A DNA stretch of 62,989 bases, counting the filler, from Stramenopiles sp. TOSAG23-3 (lineage: Eukaryota): NCBI GenBank assembly GCA_900128585.1. It is 22 parts of 22 records of this genome, joined end to end, with 100 filler letters (N's around TTAATTAATTAA, not from the genome) between each part and the next. Parts side by side here need not be neighbours in the genome. Positions count along the whole stretch, not along the records: positions 1 to 2,799 come from LT644586.1; positions 2,900 to 5,690 come from LT644587.1; positions 5,791 to 8,577 come from LT644588.1; positions 8,678 to 11,454 come from LT644589.1; 18 more parts are not named here. One strand, given 5' to 3'. Position 1 is the first letter of the stretch; each line of letters begins with the position of its first letter. Shown here in pieces: positions 1 to 11,554 of the stretch. The notes under the pieces are model-generated. The model did no database searches. It was given only the letters and a program-made list of their open reading frames with translations, and had not been told where the DNA came from. A program made the position numbers and the translations under genes.

Positions 1-10
1 AAAAAAAGGT

Positions 11-1465
11 ATGGGAAATGGAACGGACGGGGAGGAGGGTAGGCGCCGTCGGCGGACGGGGTACGCCCTTTGGGGGGCGTCCCTGGTGTACTTCTTTTAC
101 TCTTTTTTTCAGAGGGCGGCGCCATCGGTTTTTATAGGAGACCTGATGGAATCATTTTCGACGGACGCACTGGGCGCTGCAACAATATCGTCCTCGTACT
201 TTCTATCTTATGCTGTACTGCAAGTCCCGTTGGGAATCTTACTTGACCGATACGGGCCAATTTCCGTGAGCGCGTTTGGGTCACTGCTTACAATTTTTGC
301 GGTGTGCATATTTTCCGTCGCAGAGACGTTTGCCATGGCCGTTTTTGGCCGGTTGCTGGTAGGGGCTGGCGTTGCCATACCGTGGCTTGCGGGACTGTAC
401 ATTTCGAACACGTACTTTCCGAAGCGTAGGGCGCTGATGACCGGCTTTACGTTTCAATGTGGGATGCTCGGTGGGATTGTCGGCCAGGGACCGCTCGCCC
501 TGCTCAAACTCGGGGTAGGCGGCTGGAGGAACGCGATGCTGTGCTCCGTAGTCGTGCTGATTCCCGTAACGGCCGTGTTCTTCATCGTGCTCTACGGTGG
601 GAGAGCGGCAGCAAGAACTGCGCGGGCAGCCGCCGAAGAAACCCGTACTTTGGGGCAGCGCGGCACGGTTTCGAACGAAGTGGAGCTGGGGACTCTCAAA
701 GGGGAGGGGAAGGGGAAAGGCGTCGTCGTCGTCGAGAAGCCGCCCGACGAGGCGCGCCAAAACACGCTCTCGTTGGGCAGCCAGCTGAACCTTTTGTTTG
801 TCAGGAAACGAAAGTCGACCATCGTGCTGACGCTCTACGGTTTTTTTGCCACTGCCCCCCTGCTTGCCCTCGCTGGATTGTGGCTGGTGCCGATGGTGCG
901 GGACGTGGCCGGGGTTTCAAACGCGGAAGCCGGCGGCATCGCAAGTTTTGTTTACTTCGGGGCCCTCCTAACGGGACCGTTGGGTGGGTACCTGTCCGAC
1001 AGGTTTCCTAAAAGGCGAAAATGGATCATGGTAGCTTCTTGCAGCCTTAGCTTTCTGTTCATGATGTCCGGAACGTTCCTGGTCGGCATTGCGCCCCTGT
1101 GGGCCGTCAGCGGCCTGCTGTTTTTTGGAGGATTCTTCCTATTACCGGGCTTTTTCCTGTGTTTTTTCCTCGCGAGCGACATGTACGAAAAGGACATGAG
1201 CGGCCTGGTTACCTCCATCGTAAATTTTGGCGCACTGTTCGGCGGGGTTGTTTTTCAGAACATTGTAGGCGCCATACTGGACTACAACTGGGACAATACC
1301 ATCGACAGTGGAGGCAGTCGCGTCTACTCCCCCGCTGCGCACCGTCTCGGGATGGTCACGTTTGTGTTTACGTACGTTTTCCAGATCATCTGCGGGATTA
1401 ATCTCGAGACCAAAGAGGAGAAGGAAGGGGCGCTGGAGCTCGTTGAAGATGGAACGGCAGTGTGA
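11..1465 (+). CDS. Major facilitator superfamily transporter, bacterial Pht-like
   Basis: 484 aa, about 12 hydrophobic helices in two bundles; MFS motif A twice (GILLDRYGP, GYLSDRFPKRRK); N-terminal YFFYSFFQRAAPSVF. Confidence 0.9.
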   Translation: MGNGTDGEEGRRRRRTGYALWGASLVYFFYSFFQRAAPSVFIGDLMESFSTDALGAATISSSYFLSYAVLQVPLGILLDRYGPISVSAFGSLLTIFAVCIFSVAETFAMAVFGRLLVGAGVAIPWLAGLYISNTYFPKRRALMTGFTFQCGMLGGIVGQGPLALLKLGVGGWRNAMLCSVVVLIPVTAVFFIVLYGGRAAARTARAAAEETRTLGQRGTVSNEVELGTLKGEGKGKGVVVVEKPPDEARQNTLSLGSQLNLLFVRKRKSTIVLTLYGFFATAPLLALAGLWLVPMVRDVAGVSNAEAGGIASFVYFGALLTGPLGGYLSDRFPKRRKWIMVASCSLSFLFMMSGTFLVGIAPLWAVSGLLFFGGFFLLPGFFLCFFLASDMYEKDMSGLVTSIVNFGALFGGVVFQNIVGAILDYNWDNTIDSGGSRVYSPAAHRLGMVTFVFTYVFQIICGINLETKEEKEGALELVEDGTAV

Positions 1466-1505
1466 CACAAATATCTCATAAAATCAAACACGAGGAAGAT
1501 ATATT

Positions 1506-1541
1506 TTAATTAATTTAAATAACAGCCAGTTTTTTGTTTTT
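1506..1541 (-). promoter_or_regulatory. Recurrent 3'-end motif, copy 1 of 7 (consensus AAAAACAARAAAWTGGCTGTTATTTAAGTAATTAA)
   Basis: Near-identical copies at 30234-30269, 37082-37107, 48436-48464, 48501-48536, 48649-48687, 59991-60024; function inferred only. Confidence 0.55.
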
Positions 1542-1562
1542 ACATACTGTATTTTTTTGTTT

Positions 1563-2567
1563 TCATAAATAGGCGTCGACACGGCACCTTGGTGGATTGC
1601 AGGACGGGTCCCGGCCATCGATAGGACCCATCCCGCGGTGGTATCCTGGAAGCTTCCCATAAAGCACGGCAGGGGCCGACCCTTGCAAGGTGTACGTCCC
1701 CGCGCTGTTCCCCCGCGCGACTGGCAGCAACAGTCGGGCAGCCTCTGTCCACGCCGGCAAGTCAACCGTAGAGCGATCGCGAGCCCCGGGAATCCCAATC
1801 AAACCTTTCAAATTATTGTACACCTTGCTAAAGTTACGAAACGCATCCATGTCACCGTTCCACAACTTTTCAGGCTCCAGGAAGGCTTGGTTGAAGAAAT
1901 ACCCCCACCTAAACTCAAAGAAAGGAATGCTATCGCCGTCCGAGTCGCACGTTTTGATGAATGTGCGGTCGCAGTACTTGACCGCGCAAGAGTCGCTGCT
2001 CAGTTTTCTCCCAAACCCTGCTAAGGAACGCCAGTTGTCGTTGATTAGGGAGGAGGCCGTGGTGTTGAAAAAAATTACGTTCGGTAGGGCGGTGAAGTCT
2101 ATTTCTTTGTACAGCGCGTCCGTAGCCGGGTCTGGGCTTGCGTAGTTGAAAACCCCTTTTTCGTCCACCATTTTCTTCCAAAAAGTCTGCATGTCCATAC
2201 TCGGATCGAATACGCATACAACGTTAATGGTCACCGAGACGTCGAAGTAGCCACTGTAGTCCAACGCGGCCAGCAAATGGTGGTGGTCCAAAAGCCAAGC
2301 GTCGTTGGCTGGTCCAAGGCACACGGGAATAGGCTTTTCGTCCAGCTCGTCCTGGGCTTCCGCCTCACTACCCATGTGCTCACTGTGCTTTTGCAAAGCC
2401 CAAGAGTAGCCCAGCTGTGGCTGCGTCGGGTGCATGCGCCACTTTAACTTCCCCCAGTGCTGATGGCACGAATCTCCCTTCTTCAACCCAGACATATCGT
2501 GGCACTTGTCACTGGTGCACAGCCCACAGCTTGCAAGGAGAAAGAGCAGCACTTGGACGACCTTCAT
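1563..2567 (-). CDS. Secreted ParB-like nuclease family protein (ParBc_2-like)
   Basis: Signal peptide MKVVQVLLFLLASCGLC; ordered motifs HPTQ, PIPVCLGP..WLLDHHHLLAAL, FWKKM, NDNWRSLAG, PFFEFRW. Confidence 0.75.
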   Translation of the reverse strand: MKVVQVLLFLLASCGLCTSDKCHDMSGLKKGDSCHQHWGKLKWRMHPTQPQLGYSWALQKHSEHMGSEAEAQDELDEKPIPVCLGPANDAWLLDHHHLLAALDYSGYFDVSVTINVVCVFDPSMDMQTFWKKMVDEKGVFNYASPDPATDALYKEIDFTALPNVIFFNTTASSLINDNWRSLAGFGRKLSSDSCAVKYCDRTFIKTCDSDGDSIPFFEFRWGYFFNQAFLEPEKLWNGDMDAFRNFSKVYNNLKGLIGIPGARDRSTVDLPAWTEAARLLLPVARGNSAGTYTLQGSAPAVLYGKLPGYHRGMGPIDGRDPSCNPPRCRVDAYL

Positions 2568-2799
2568 TTTGAGACAGGCGGGTACGCAGTCGGCGCTGTG
2601 TTGAAAGGCTTCGGAAAGAGAAGCAAACGCACTTGTTGAAGTCAGAACTTACCCGCTTGTATTGAAAAAAACAGAGAAGACAGCATACAAAAACATACAG
2701 ACGAAAGGAACGGATCAAAATAAAACAGGCAAAAAAAAGACTTCCTTTCCTTACATTCATTTGAATATTTATTATTATAATAATATTTTATATTTTTTT

Positions 2800-2899
2800 N
2801 NNNNNNNNNNNNNNNNNNNNNNNNNNNNNNNNNNNNNNNNNNNTTAATTAATTAANNNNNNNNNNNNNNNNNNNNNNNNNNNNNNNNNNNNNNNNNNNN
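2800..2899. other. Artificial contig-joining linker, first of 21; others start at 5691, 8578, 11455, 14332, 17207, 20078, 22949, 25819, 28688, 31555, 34418, 37281, 40144, 43007, 45868, 48726, 51584, 54440, 57292, 60141
   Basis: Identical N44-TTAATTAATTAA-N44 each time; the core gives stops in all six frames; contig lengths decrease monotonically. Confidence 0.99.
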
Positions 2900-5690
2900 T
2901 ATTGCAACATGTAGGCTTAGGCCCTGAAATGTCACGTTGTTCCTTAAGTCACTTCTGTCAACTCCATTATCGTAACACAACCCCTCAATTCTTGTGCTGA
3001 AGCGTTCGCTTCACAAAGAGAATTGGCTCAAACGAGTTGCTGGAGTGACGCGAGTGGCTATGGAGCAGATGTCCGCCTAGCCGTTGGGCTTTAGGCTCCT
3101 AACGCTACCATCGAATTGACAATTTCCATGTCGATCGTGGTCTGAAAACTGTGGTGTTTACCACATATTGCATTTCCTGCATGCATTGTGTTCGTACTTG
3201 TGTTTTCCATATTCATCACTTTGTTTCTTAACGCATTCTGCGTCACCTTTCCAAGAGGCTTGGTGAACAGATCGCCCTCATTTTCTGACGAGCTCACATG
3301 CTTTAACTCAATCAATTTTGCATCGATAAGTTCACGAATCCAATGATATCGGACTCCCATGTGCTTGCTCAACGCATCGATGTGCTTCATCCGGTTGAGC
3401 GTTGCTTCGCCTTGGGCTAAATTTTGCGCTGTGATGTTGTCGTTCATCAAAATTGCTGGCTTCGGAAACTCCTCGTTGAAGAATTCCGCCAGTCTTTTCG
3501 TCCATATGATATCCTTTGCTGCATCCGTAAACGCACAGTACTCAGCTTCGGTGCTGGAGAGAGTGACATTACGTTGTCTCCGCGACACCGCAATAATGGG
3601 TCCTCCCATGTACTTCACTAGGTAACCAGTGGTGGACCGTCTGGTAGACGGATCGCCACCCCAGTCTGCGTCAACGTAGAATCTGAAGGCTTCTTTTCCT
3701 TCTTTGGAGAATCGTATTCCCTTGTTCTTCGTCGCTGACAAATAATGGACTATTCGACTTAGACCTTTCCAATGTCTGTGGCACGGTTTTTCCGAAAATT
3801 GGGCCAAGTGGAAGGTCGCTTGTAATATATCAGGGCGCGTCATTCTCCCAAGATGAGAGAGACAGCCCAACAGTGATCGATACTTCGTAGTATCCATCAG
3901 TTCTTCCGACGGTTTGCTTTCTTCAAGCCAGTCTACCATCGGAGTGTAAATCGTACGATTGGTCTTTACCAAATCGTTTTCGAACTCTTGTTCAATGAAG
4001 TCAACATAGGTCGGTTGAGATACAACAATTTCCTCATCATCTCTCTTGATCGATAGACCTAAACCTTTGTTGAGTTTTTCCACTATGGAAAATTCGAAGT
4101 TCATTTCAGTCAGACGCTTCACAATTTCTTCAACACTCGATTCGTCCACATAGGACAAAAAGCAGTCGTCGACATGTACACAAAGGTAGACGTCGAGTTC
4201 TCTGTGGTAAAACAGACACTGGTCGAGCTCAATCTTAGCTTGCTCAAAACCAATTTTCTGGAGCGCTTCACTGAGTGCGAGATACCACTCGCGGGATGCT
4301 TGCTTTAGTCCGTACAGACTTTTCTTCAACAGCAGCATCACATTGTTATCGAACTTCTTATCAGCTTCATAAAACTGAGGAATTTTCATATATATTTCTT
4401 CTTTGAGATATGGGAACAAAAAGGCACCTGCGAAATCCATGGTTTTTAATTTCCTTCCATGCTTCAAAGCATGGGCTATCATGAATAAAAATGTCGCATA
4501 CACCGTGACAGGTGAGGTGGTTTTCGTATAGTCGTAACCCTGAATTTGCCTAAAACCTTGCACGGTTAAACGGGCTTTTCGCTTTATGATTGCACTGGTT
4601 CTTGGATCACGTTTGACCTTCAATACCATTTTCGTGCCTAGGGGTCTTTTATTGACTAATCTCCCATCGACTTCAACCCAAGTTCCACGCTTTTTGAGCT
4701 GATCGAATTCAGCTTTAATCGCTGACAGCCACAAAGGCCAGTCATCACGCAGCATGGCTTCAGCCGTCGTTGGGTTGTCGAATTGCTTCATAGTAATTTT
4801 GAAGTCTTTTCCTTGAGTGGCCTGGTAGGCCCACATGTAGTCTACGTGAATAGTGGCGACGTCATGGTCGACTTCAACCACTCTCATCTTCGCAGATTTG
4901 CTTTTGCTAGAGTTGAGGTCCAACGCCATCAGCACTTCAACTACCGGTCCTTGACTTCTGGTATGAGGTCTTTCGAAACGTTCTGCATGTCGCCTTCTGG
5001 CTGCTTCCCGTTCGTCGTTAATTTCTTGATGTTCTTCGTCTTCTACTGGCGCAACAGTGGTACTGGCGGGTTTATAGAGACGGTTATCACCGATTTTTGA
5101 CCAGTTCTGATCATACTCTACATCAACCCCTTCAAAAAACGGGGGTAACGTAGGAATTATGCACTTTCTATTGGGTGCTTCCTCAAAATTGACATAGTGG
5201 GCACCTTCGCGCAGGCGCTTCCATCGAGCTTCGGTGTGACTGAGAGTCTCATCGAGTATGACACTTTTTCGGAGAAATATTTGGTTTCGATGCGGAATGT
5301 AAATTCGCATGGCAGGATTGCGCGGATCGATAGTCCTTTCCTTGCCAAGATAAACACCAAGCCTAAATCGTCTGGAACGTTTCCCATCTGGTCGTTGTTT
5401 CGCAGCTAAATATTCATAGGCTGTTGACCCGAACGTTCTGAGTTCGTTAATGTGGGGTTTTGTCCCTGTCCAAATTTCGTTAGGACATAAATAATCGAGT
5501 CCACTGTGTGGACATAAATTGTACACGTCGACACCATGTCGTAGGCTTTGCCAGTACAATGTCTGGTATTCCTCTGGTGTAAATTTCGCGTGTACCAACT
5601 GAGCGCTAGCAATTTTATTAATGGTTTGAATTACTCTTTCAGCAAAACCATTTTCCCAACTGGAGTGGGCCACGGTGCGAAGGTGGCGTA
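2900..5690 (-). mobile_element. Ty1/copia LTR retrotransposon fragment (3' part of pol, PPT, start of 3' LTR)
   Basis: Integrase-RT-RNase H domain order; purine tract GAGGGG at about 2981-2986 followed by TGTTACG starting at 2977 on the minus strand. Confidence 0.92.
3091..5688 (-). CDS. pol: Copia Pol polyprotein (integrase C-part, RT, RNase H), 5'-truncated by contig edge
   Basis: NGFAER (integrase); KARLTVQGFRQIQGYDY, LKKSLYGLKQASREW, VHVDD (RT); YVDADWGGD..RRSTTGY, LSSTEAEY, RYHWIRE, DLFTKPL (RNase H); no stops or frameshifts. Confidence 0.95.
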   Translation of the reverse strand, partial: RHLRTVAHSSWENGFAERVIQTINKIASAQLVHAKFTPEEYQTLYWQSLRHGVDVYNLCPHSGLDYLCPNEIWTGTKPHINELRTFGSTAYEYLAAKQRPDGKRSRRFRLGVYLGKERTIDPRNPAMRIYIPHRNQIFLRKSVILDETLSHTEARWKRLREGAHYVNFEEAPNRKCIIPTLPPFFEGVDVEYDQNWSKIGDNRLYKPASTTVAPVEDEEHQEINDEREAARRRHAERFERPHTRSQGPVVEVLMALDLNSSKSKSAKMRVVEVDHDVATIHVDYMWAYQATQGKDFKITMKQFDNPTTAEAMLRDDWPLWLSAIKAEFDQLKKRGTWVEVDGRLVNKRPLGTKMVLKVKRDPRTSAIIKRKARLTVQGFRQIQGYDYTKTTSPVTVYATFLFMIAHALKHGRKLKTMDFAGAFLFPYLKEEIYMKIPQFYEADKKFDNNVMLLLKKSLYGLKQASREWYLALSEALQKIGFEQAKIELDQCLFYHRELDVYLCVHVDDCFLSYVDESSVEEIVKRLTEMNFEFSIVEKLNKGLGLSIKRDDEEIVVSQPTYVDFIEQEFENDLVKTNRTIYTPMVDWLEESKPSEELMDTTKYRSLLGCLSHLGRMTRPDILQATFHLAQFSEKPCHRHWKGLSRIVHYLSATKNKGIRFSKEGKEAFRFYVDADWGGDPSTRRSTTGYLVKYMGGPIIAVSRRQRNVTLSSTEAEYCAFTDAAKDIIWTKRLAEFFNEEFPKPAILMNDNITAQNLAQGEATLNRMKHIDALSKHMGVRYHWIRELIDAKLIELKHVSSSENEGDLFTKPLGKVTQNALRNKVMNMENTSTNTMHAGNAICGKHHSFQTTIDMEIVNSMVALGA

Positions 5691-5799
5691 NNNNNNNNNN
5701 NNNNNNNNNNNNNNNNNNNNNNNNNNNNNNNNNNTTAATTAATTAANNNNNNNNNNNNNNNNNNNNNNNNNNNNNNNNNNNNNNNNNNNNCACCCCCCA

Positions 5800-8577
5800 A
5801 TGCTGCTCTTCCGGGGCGGCCCTGTCCTCGCCCTGTTCCTTTTTGGTGTGTGTTGCACGACCATGGTGTCCCCGGAGAATGGGGCGGCGAGGACGGTCAA
5901 GTTCAGCGTGGACTCCCTCGGGGACCCGGCGGACTTCTTCGCCTCGGCCTTGGCCTACGACGACGGCAACGAGGACGACGGCGGCCGCGCCGACGACGGC
6001 AGCGGGGAGGGGGGGGGGCACGGCGAGCCCGGGGCGGACGCGGCCGTATCCACGGAAGCGTTCACGGAGCTCCCCCCCTCCGTCAAGGACAGCCTGCACT
6101 TTGCGTTTTCCCAGTCAAGCGTCCTGGACGAGGTCCAGTTCTTCCTGTCCCTGGACGGAAAGCTCGTCGAGCGACGGTACAACAAAGTAAAGTTCGTTTA
6201 CCGGCTCGAGCGAATGCCCGAGGGCGTCGTCGGCGTCGCACTTACGCCGATCTACTCGGTCGGCCAAGTCCTCGTGACCTCGACCACGGGGAAAGTCTTC
6301 CTCCGGCACTCCGTTTACCCCGCCGGCGACATTGCGTGGACGGACGTCACGATGCCCGGGCACTACATCGTTGGCGGCGGGCAGTTCTACCAGCACTGGG
6401 AGAACGGAAAGGTGCTATGCTACTTCGTTAGCGCTCAGGGGAGCCTGCTCGAGTACAACACGCTCCCGATCGTCACCGTGGGGAAGAACCAACAGTCCCA
6501 CCGGTTCACCTCCGCGGACGACTTTCGGCGAAAGGAGAACTGGAAGAACCTCGGACACCCGCGGGACGGCGGCCTCGTCGGCGTGTCCGCCGTTTTCTAC
6601 ACGTCCGCGGGAAGGAAAGTCATCGCCTGCGTCAACGCGCTCGGCCAAGTGGTCCTCTTCGAAAACCAGCGATGGAAAACGGTCGTTGGCCCCGCCACGG
6701 TCGACCCGGGCAACCTGCTGCCCTCCGGCCAGGGCTCCGGCGGCGACGACGACGACGACGACGACGGCCCCCGCCAGGGCGAACGCCTCCGCATCCTTCC
6801 CCTTCCCGCCGCGACGGTCACCCCGGTGACCCACGAGAACGCGCCGAGCATCATGATGGTCCTTGGGGCGGACGGGAGGGTGTACGGCGTCGTAAAGGTC
6901 GGGAGGGAATGGGTCCTCGAGTACCACGAGTGCTTCTACGGAAAAGCCGTGGTCCACTTCGTCAGCGCCCCCAGCAAGGCCGTGGTCCGGAACTCCGCTG
7001 TGTCCGTCTTCTTCGTGTCTGCGAGCGGGCGCCTCTTCGAGCGGACCCTTGACCTGAAGGTCCAGTCGCGCTGGAAATGGATCGACCACGGCCACCCGGG
7101 CGGCCACCTCCTCGCGGCCGCGCCGCCGCTGGTCTCGCACGGGGCAGAGCTTATCTGCCGGACCCGGGCCGGGGACGTCGCCAAGCTCGTCCTGTGGGGC
7201 TTCGTCTGGCGCTGGAACGTGGATCGCCCCCCGGCGATCCTCCGGTACACCACCAACGCGGGCGGCGAGGGCGATGGCGCGGGAAAGTTCTGCGACCGGG
7301 ACCTTGTGAGCGTCGACGACTGCTACCACGGGTTCGACCCCATGGGCGTCATGCCCGTGCCAAAGGTTGAGGACGCGTACGAGGCCGTTACGCAGGCGAA
7401 GACGAACGACCCGTCCCTCTTCAACATGAAGGAGCTTCGGGTCAACGGCGTCAAGGTCACGACGGACTGCCCCCTCATCTCGTACACGGTCGACCCCGAC
7501 GATGCGGACTCGCCAAATTTCGACAACTCGAACCTTGGCAACCGAGTTCTTCCGGCCACGATGATCGTCGCACGGACAGCCCAACTTTTCGCCCCCGAGA
7601 CGGTCGCGGTCCGCTGGTCCGCCCCGGCGAACGCGTCCTACGCCCCCCCTGCGTCTGGGGCCCCGGACGTGGAGGCCCTGCTTGCCCTGGGGGGGCTGGC
7701 GATGTCCTCCTCCGCGGCCGCGACGCCAGGCTCCCGCGCGGCGTTCGCCATGGCCCGCATGACGGAGAACTCCATATTCATCGTCAGCCCCGGGGGGCTC
7801 GTGTTCGAACGGTTCTGGAACCAGGCCCATTGGGTGTACGTCCGGCACCGGGGCCTGCCCCCGGAGCCCGCCGTCCAGCTGACCACGATCAGCCACGGCG
7901 GGACCCTGTTCGCGTCGACGTTGAAGGGGGGGCTCTACCAGCGCATCGCCAGCGGGTACTCCAAACCGCTCACGTGGAAGCGCCTCATCCACCGAGGAAG
8001 CAAATTCTTTCAAGGGGGTGTAGTCTCCGCCATCGACAACGGGAAGGTATACTTTTTGGACCACACGGGAAAGCTTTTGATCCGTCACATTCAGCAGCAG
8101 CGGTGGCAGAAGGCGTTCAAGGACGCCGAGGAGATGTGGGTGAAGGACCCGCAGCACCGGTCGTACTCGCTGCCGAGGAAAAAGCAGAACATCTTGTACG
8201 CCGGGACCACGGTGCGGAAGGGGGGGCAGATGGTAAAGTTGGCCGTGCTGATCAGCGCGGACGACCTGACCCCGGGCCTCTTCTTCGCGCTGGACGTCAA
8301 CGCCGAGCTCTGGGAGTACTCGACGTGGCTCTCCCGGTGGGTTTGGCACGGCAGGCCCGATGACGCCTTCCTTGCCATTCAGCCCGCCGCGGTCCTCCCG
8401 GACTCGAACGCCGTCGGGTCGCTCTTTTTTCGAACGACTGACGGGCGCGTCTTCGAGCGCTACTTCAACCAGTTTCGAAAGAGCTGGATGTGGGTCGACC
8501 ATGGAAGCCCGATCGTGGCCAAGCTCGCCGGTCCCCCGGGCGCGGTCCTGTTCAACAACCGGATCCATTTTGTTGGG
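5800..8577 (+). CDS. Secreted Trp-rich repeat protein, probable beta-propeller (lectin-like), 3'-truncated
   Basis: Signal peptide; repeated FFxxxxGxLFER..WxWxDHGxP units; long GC-rich open frame. Confidence 0.7.
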
Positions 8578-8677
8578 NNNNNNNNNNNNNNNNNNNNNNN
8601 NNNNNNNNNNNNNNNNNNNNNTTAATTAATTAANNNNNNNNNNNNNNNNNNNNNNNNNNNNNNNNNNNNNNNNNNNN

Positions 8678-11122
8678 GTCGTTCTTTCCAAACGCGTAAG
8701 CGTGTCCACTTGCTGTGGCAATCATTGTATGGTACTGCCCACACGCAATAGATCGGGCACCTTCGCCCTGTGCTTCTGGAAGCTCTACATGGGTGGGCTC
8801 TTTCCTATCAGTGTTGTCTCCAAGCCCCAGTTGACCGAAATCGTTCCTTCCAAAGGCAAATATTTCCCCCGTCGCGCATGACACAACCGAGTGGTAATAA
8901 CTGCAAGATACTGTAACCACCTTTCTTGATTCTAAACCGCGAACTATTCGTGGAGAAAAAATGCTGGAAGTGGATCCTTGGCCAAGTTGACCCCTATAGT
9001 TGTATCCAAACGAATACAATTTCCCTTCTTGGGTTACAATTAGCGTATGTTCACAACCGTTGTAAGCATGGATTTGAGTTACGACCTGACCCCGAAGCTC
9101 CTCCACGACGGTCAACTTCCCAACTCTTTCAGTGCTTCCTTGACCGCATTGGCCGTTGTCATTGTACCCCGCAGTGTACAGCAGCCCATCTGCAGACAAC
9201 ATTACTGTGTGCTCGTTTCCTGCAGCAACACGGACAATATTTTTCCCGTCTGCAACAGGCACACGGCAGGGAACTTTTCTGGTCGCCGTATCCCCCTGCA
9301 CAAGTTCTCCGTAGGAGTTTTGCCCAAAGGTCCATACTTCACGCTCTTGGTTTACACCCGCCGACAACACACCCGTGCTCCCGGGCGTTACAGGACGGCA
9401 CTTTGCTACTTCTAGCTGTTGAAGGTAGCCGCAAACATTAGTCAGGGGCTGTATCCATCTATGGTAGTGCTTGGTATCGTCGTTTCCACCAGGCACAAGA
9501 GCAGCGTTTCTCTGCTTCGCTTCCAACAAAAGCTGCTGTTTTTTAGATATTTCTTTCCCTTCAGCGCCTGCAGACGTTTTACTGTCGTGGTTTCCACTGT
9601 TATCTGACTGAGCCGCGTTACCAGCGGGCAGTTTACTATCGTCAGCAGCACTCGCCATCGTATCAGAGGGCACTGCGCTGCCCGATGTCTCTAACTGCTG
9701 TACAGCTGTAACCCGGTAGGCGGCAACGTCATTCATATCCTTGGCAGCCCTTTCGATCATCAGCTGTTCTTCACGCTCTTGCACGTCCGTGGCTAGCGCA
9801 TTTTTCTGCATTTTCCTGTTGCGCGCTTTGCCTTTGCGCAGGTCGAGCTTTGCGCCATTCATTTGTGGAATAGGCGTTTTACTACTTGCCGTGTTTATAA
9901 TCAGCTTCGTTTGCTGTTGAAGCGGAACGCTTTCAGCGCTATCAGGTTTATTTTCGCTCTGCGACACGGGCGACGAACTGCAAGGGGACCAGCACACCGA
10001 CAGCAGCACTTTCACTGCCATGAGCAGGTCGCAAAGCGAACCCCTGATGCAGGCAAGTGCAACGAGGGACGTGATTGCGCCGGTTCTATCGTCTAAGTCT
10101 AGTCTTCCTGCCACATCAAACTCTTTCTCGGTGAGAATGCCGCTTTTCTTCAACAGGATGCACTCCTCTGGCCCTGGAAGACTGGCAGTAAATAGAAAAT
10201 CACGCAGAGCATCTAAAATACCCATCGAGTTTTTCGCCGAAAGGGTTCTAATAAAAGAGTGGGGGTCGAGTTCCGTAATTATCGGCGTAAGGTCGTGCAA
10301 AAATGCCTGTCGTTCCATAGAGGAGGAATCCACGTCGGATACGCAGTCCAGGAGAGTAAAAAACAGGCTCACCCCAAGCTGTGCACCATGTCCCAACTGT
10401 TTCTGTGCCGCAGTTAATTCGTTTTTTCTATCGTTGCCTGTGGCCAAACTACAATCTGATTGTGTGTTGCTGACGACCTCTCTAATTCGCCGCTCAATAC
10501 TATGCGAGAACGACGTCAGCGCTTGATGTACATTTTGGAGCGCAAACAGTTGCCGAGAAATTCTTTTTGAAAAAACATCTGCCCTTCGGCATTGCCGGGA
10601 TAGAGCAGTGCTCAATGTTTTATTTGCATGCCCCAACAAAATCGAGGGTTCTACGTCTGCCATCCACAGCGACATTTCTAAGTCTCCCAGTTTTCGATCG
10701 GCCCCACCTTTCGACGTTGCCCCCGTCGAAGAGCCGTGCAGGCTCGAGTTGGGAACACCCGTCGCCGTACTGACGCCGCTGGACGACGATCCGTTAGGAA
10801 CTATATCATCGTTGCCACCGTTGAGCCCACCCACCCCGTTTGCAGACGCATTGGGGTACGGGAGGCTCTCCAGAAAATCGTCGTCGAAGACGTCTAACTC
10901 TGTCCGCACCCCGAGCCACCTTGAAGATGGCCAGTCGTTTACTACACGGTCCGGCGACAGGTTGCCAGTAGATGAAGTTGCGGCCTTCGTCGTGCTCGGG
11001 CTTTGGTGTTGTGCAGAAGAGCCGCCCGAGTGGCTGGTGTGCGAATGCTCTCTAATGGGCAATTCGCTTTCTACAGTAGAGCTCACCTCCCTAGGGACAG
11101 AGCTGCTGGCACCGTTTCCCAT
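8678..11122 (-). CDS. RCC1-repeat protein (HERC-like N-terminal part), probably N-myristoylated, 3'-truncated
   Basis: First ATG gives MGNGASSS (MGxxxS); RCC1 blades VWTFGQNSYGEL, LYTAGYNDNGQCG, LYSFGYNYRGQLG, IFAFGRNDFGQLG. Confidence 0.85.
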
Positions 11123-11554
11123 GCTTCCCACTTTCAAGTAGGCAAACCTAGGTGCTTGTTTTGTCCTGGGACCAAGTTAACCGAAAACGCACCAGAAAAT
11201 GTCCTAGCTGTCCAACAATTTAAAATCAACCAACGACACCGTGACGATTTATTTTCAATATTTAGCATTCGGTTACAACGAAGAAGTAAAATGAAACATC
11301 AATAAAAAGGTACGTTTACGTGCATGAAGGACGATAGTTCAGACTTGTTGTGTTATTTATTAGTTTTGTATTGTATTATTACACCACCTACAAATACAAC
11401 CAACAACAACAACAAAAGAAGGAAGGGGTGGCGAAAAAAAGAATAAATAAATAANNNNNNNNNNNNNNNNNNNNNNNNNNNNNNNNNNNNNNNNNNNNTT
11501 AATTAATTAANNNNNNNNNNNNNNNNNNNNNNNNNNNNNNNNNNNNNNNNNNNN

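Noticed and set aside
6415-8568. 717-aa antisense ORF
   Set aside because: Shadow of a GC-rich gene on the opposite strand; no independent motifs
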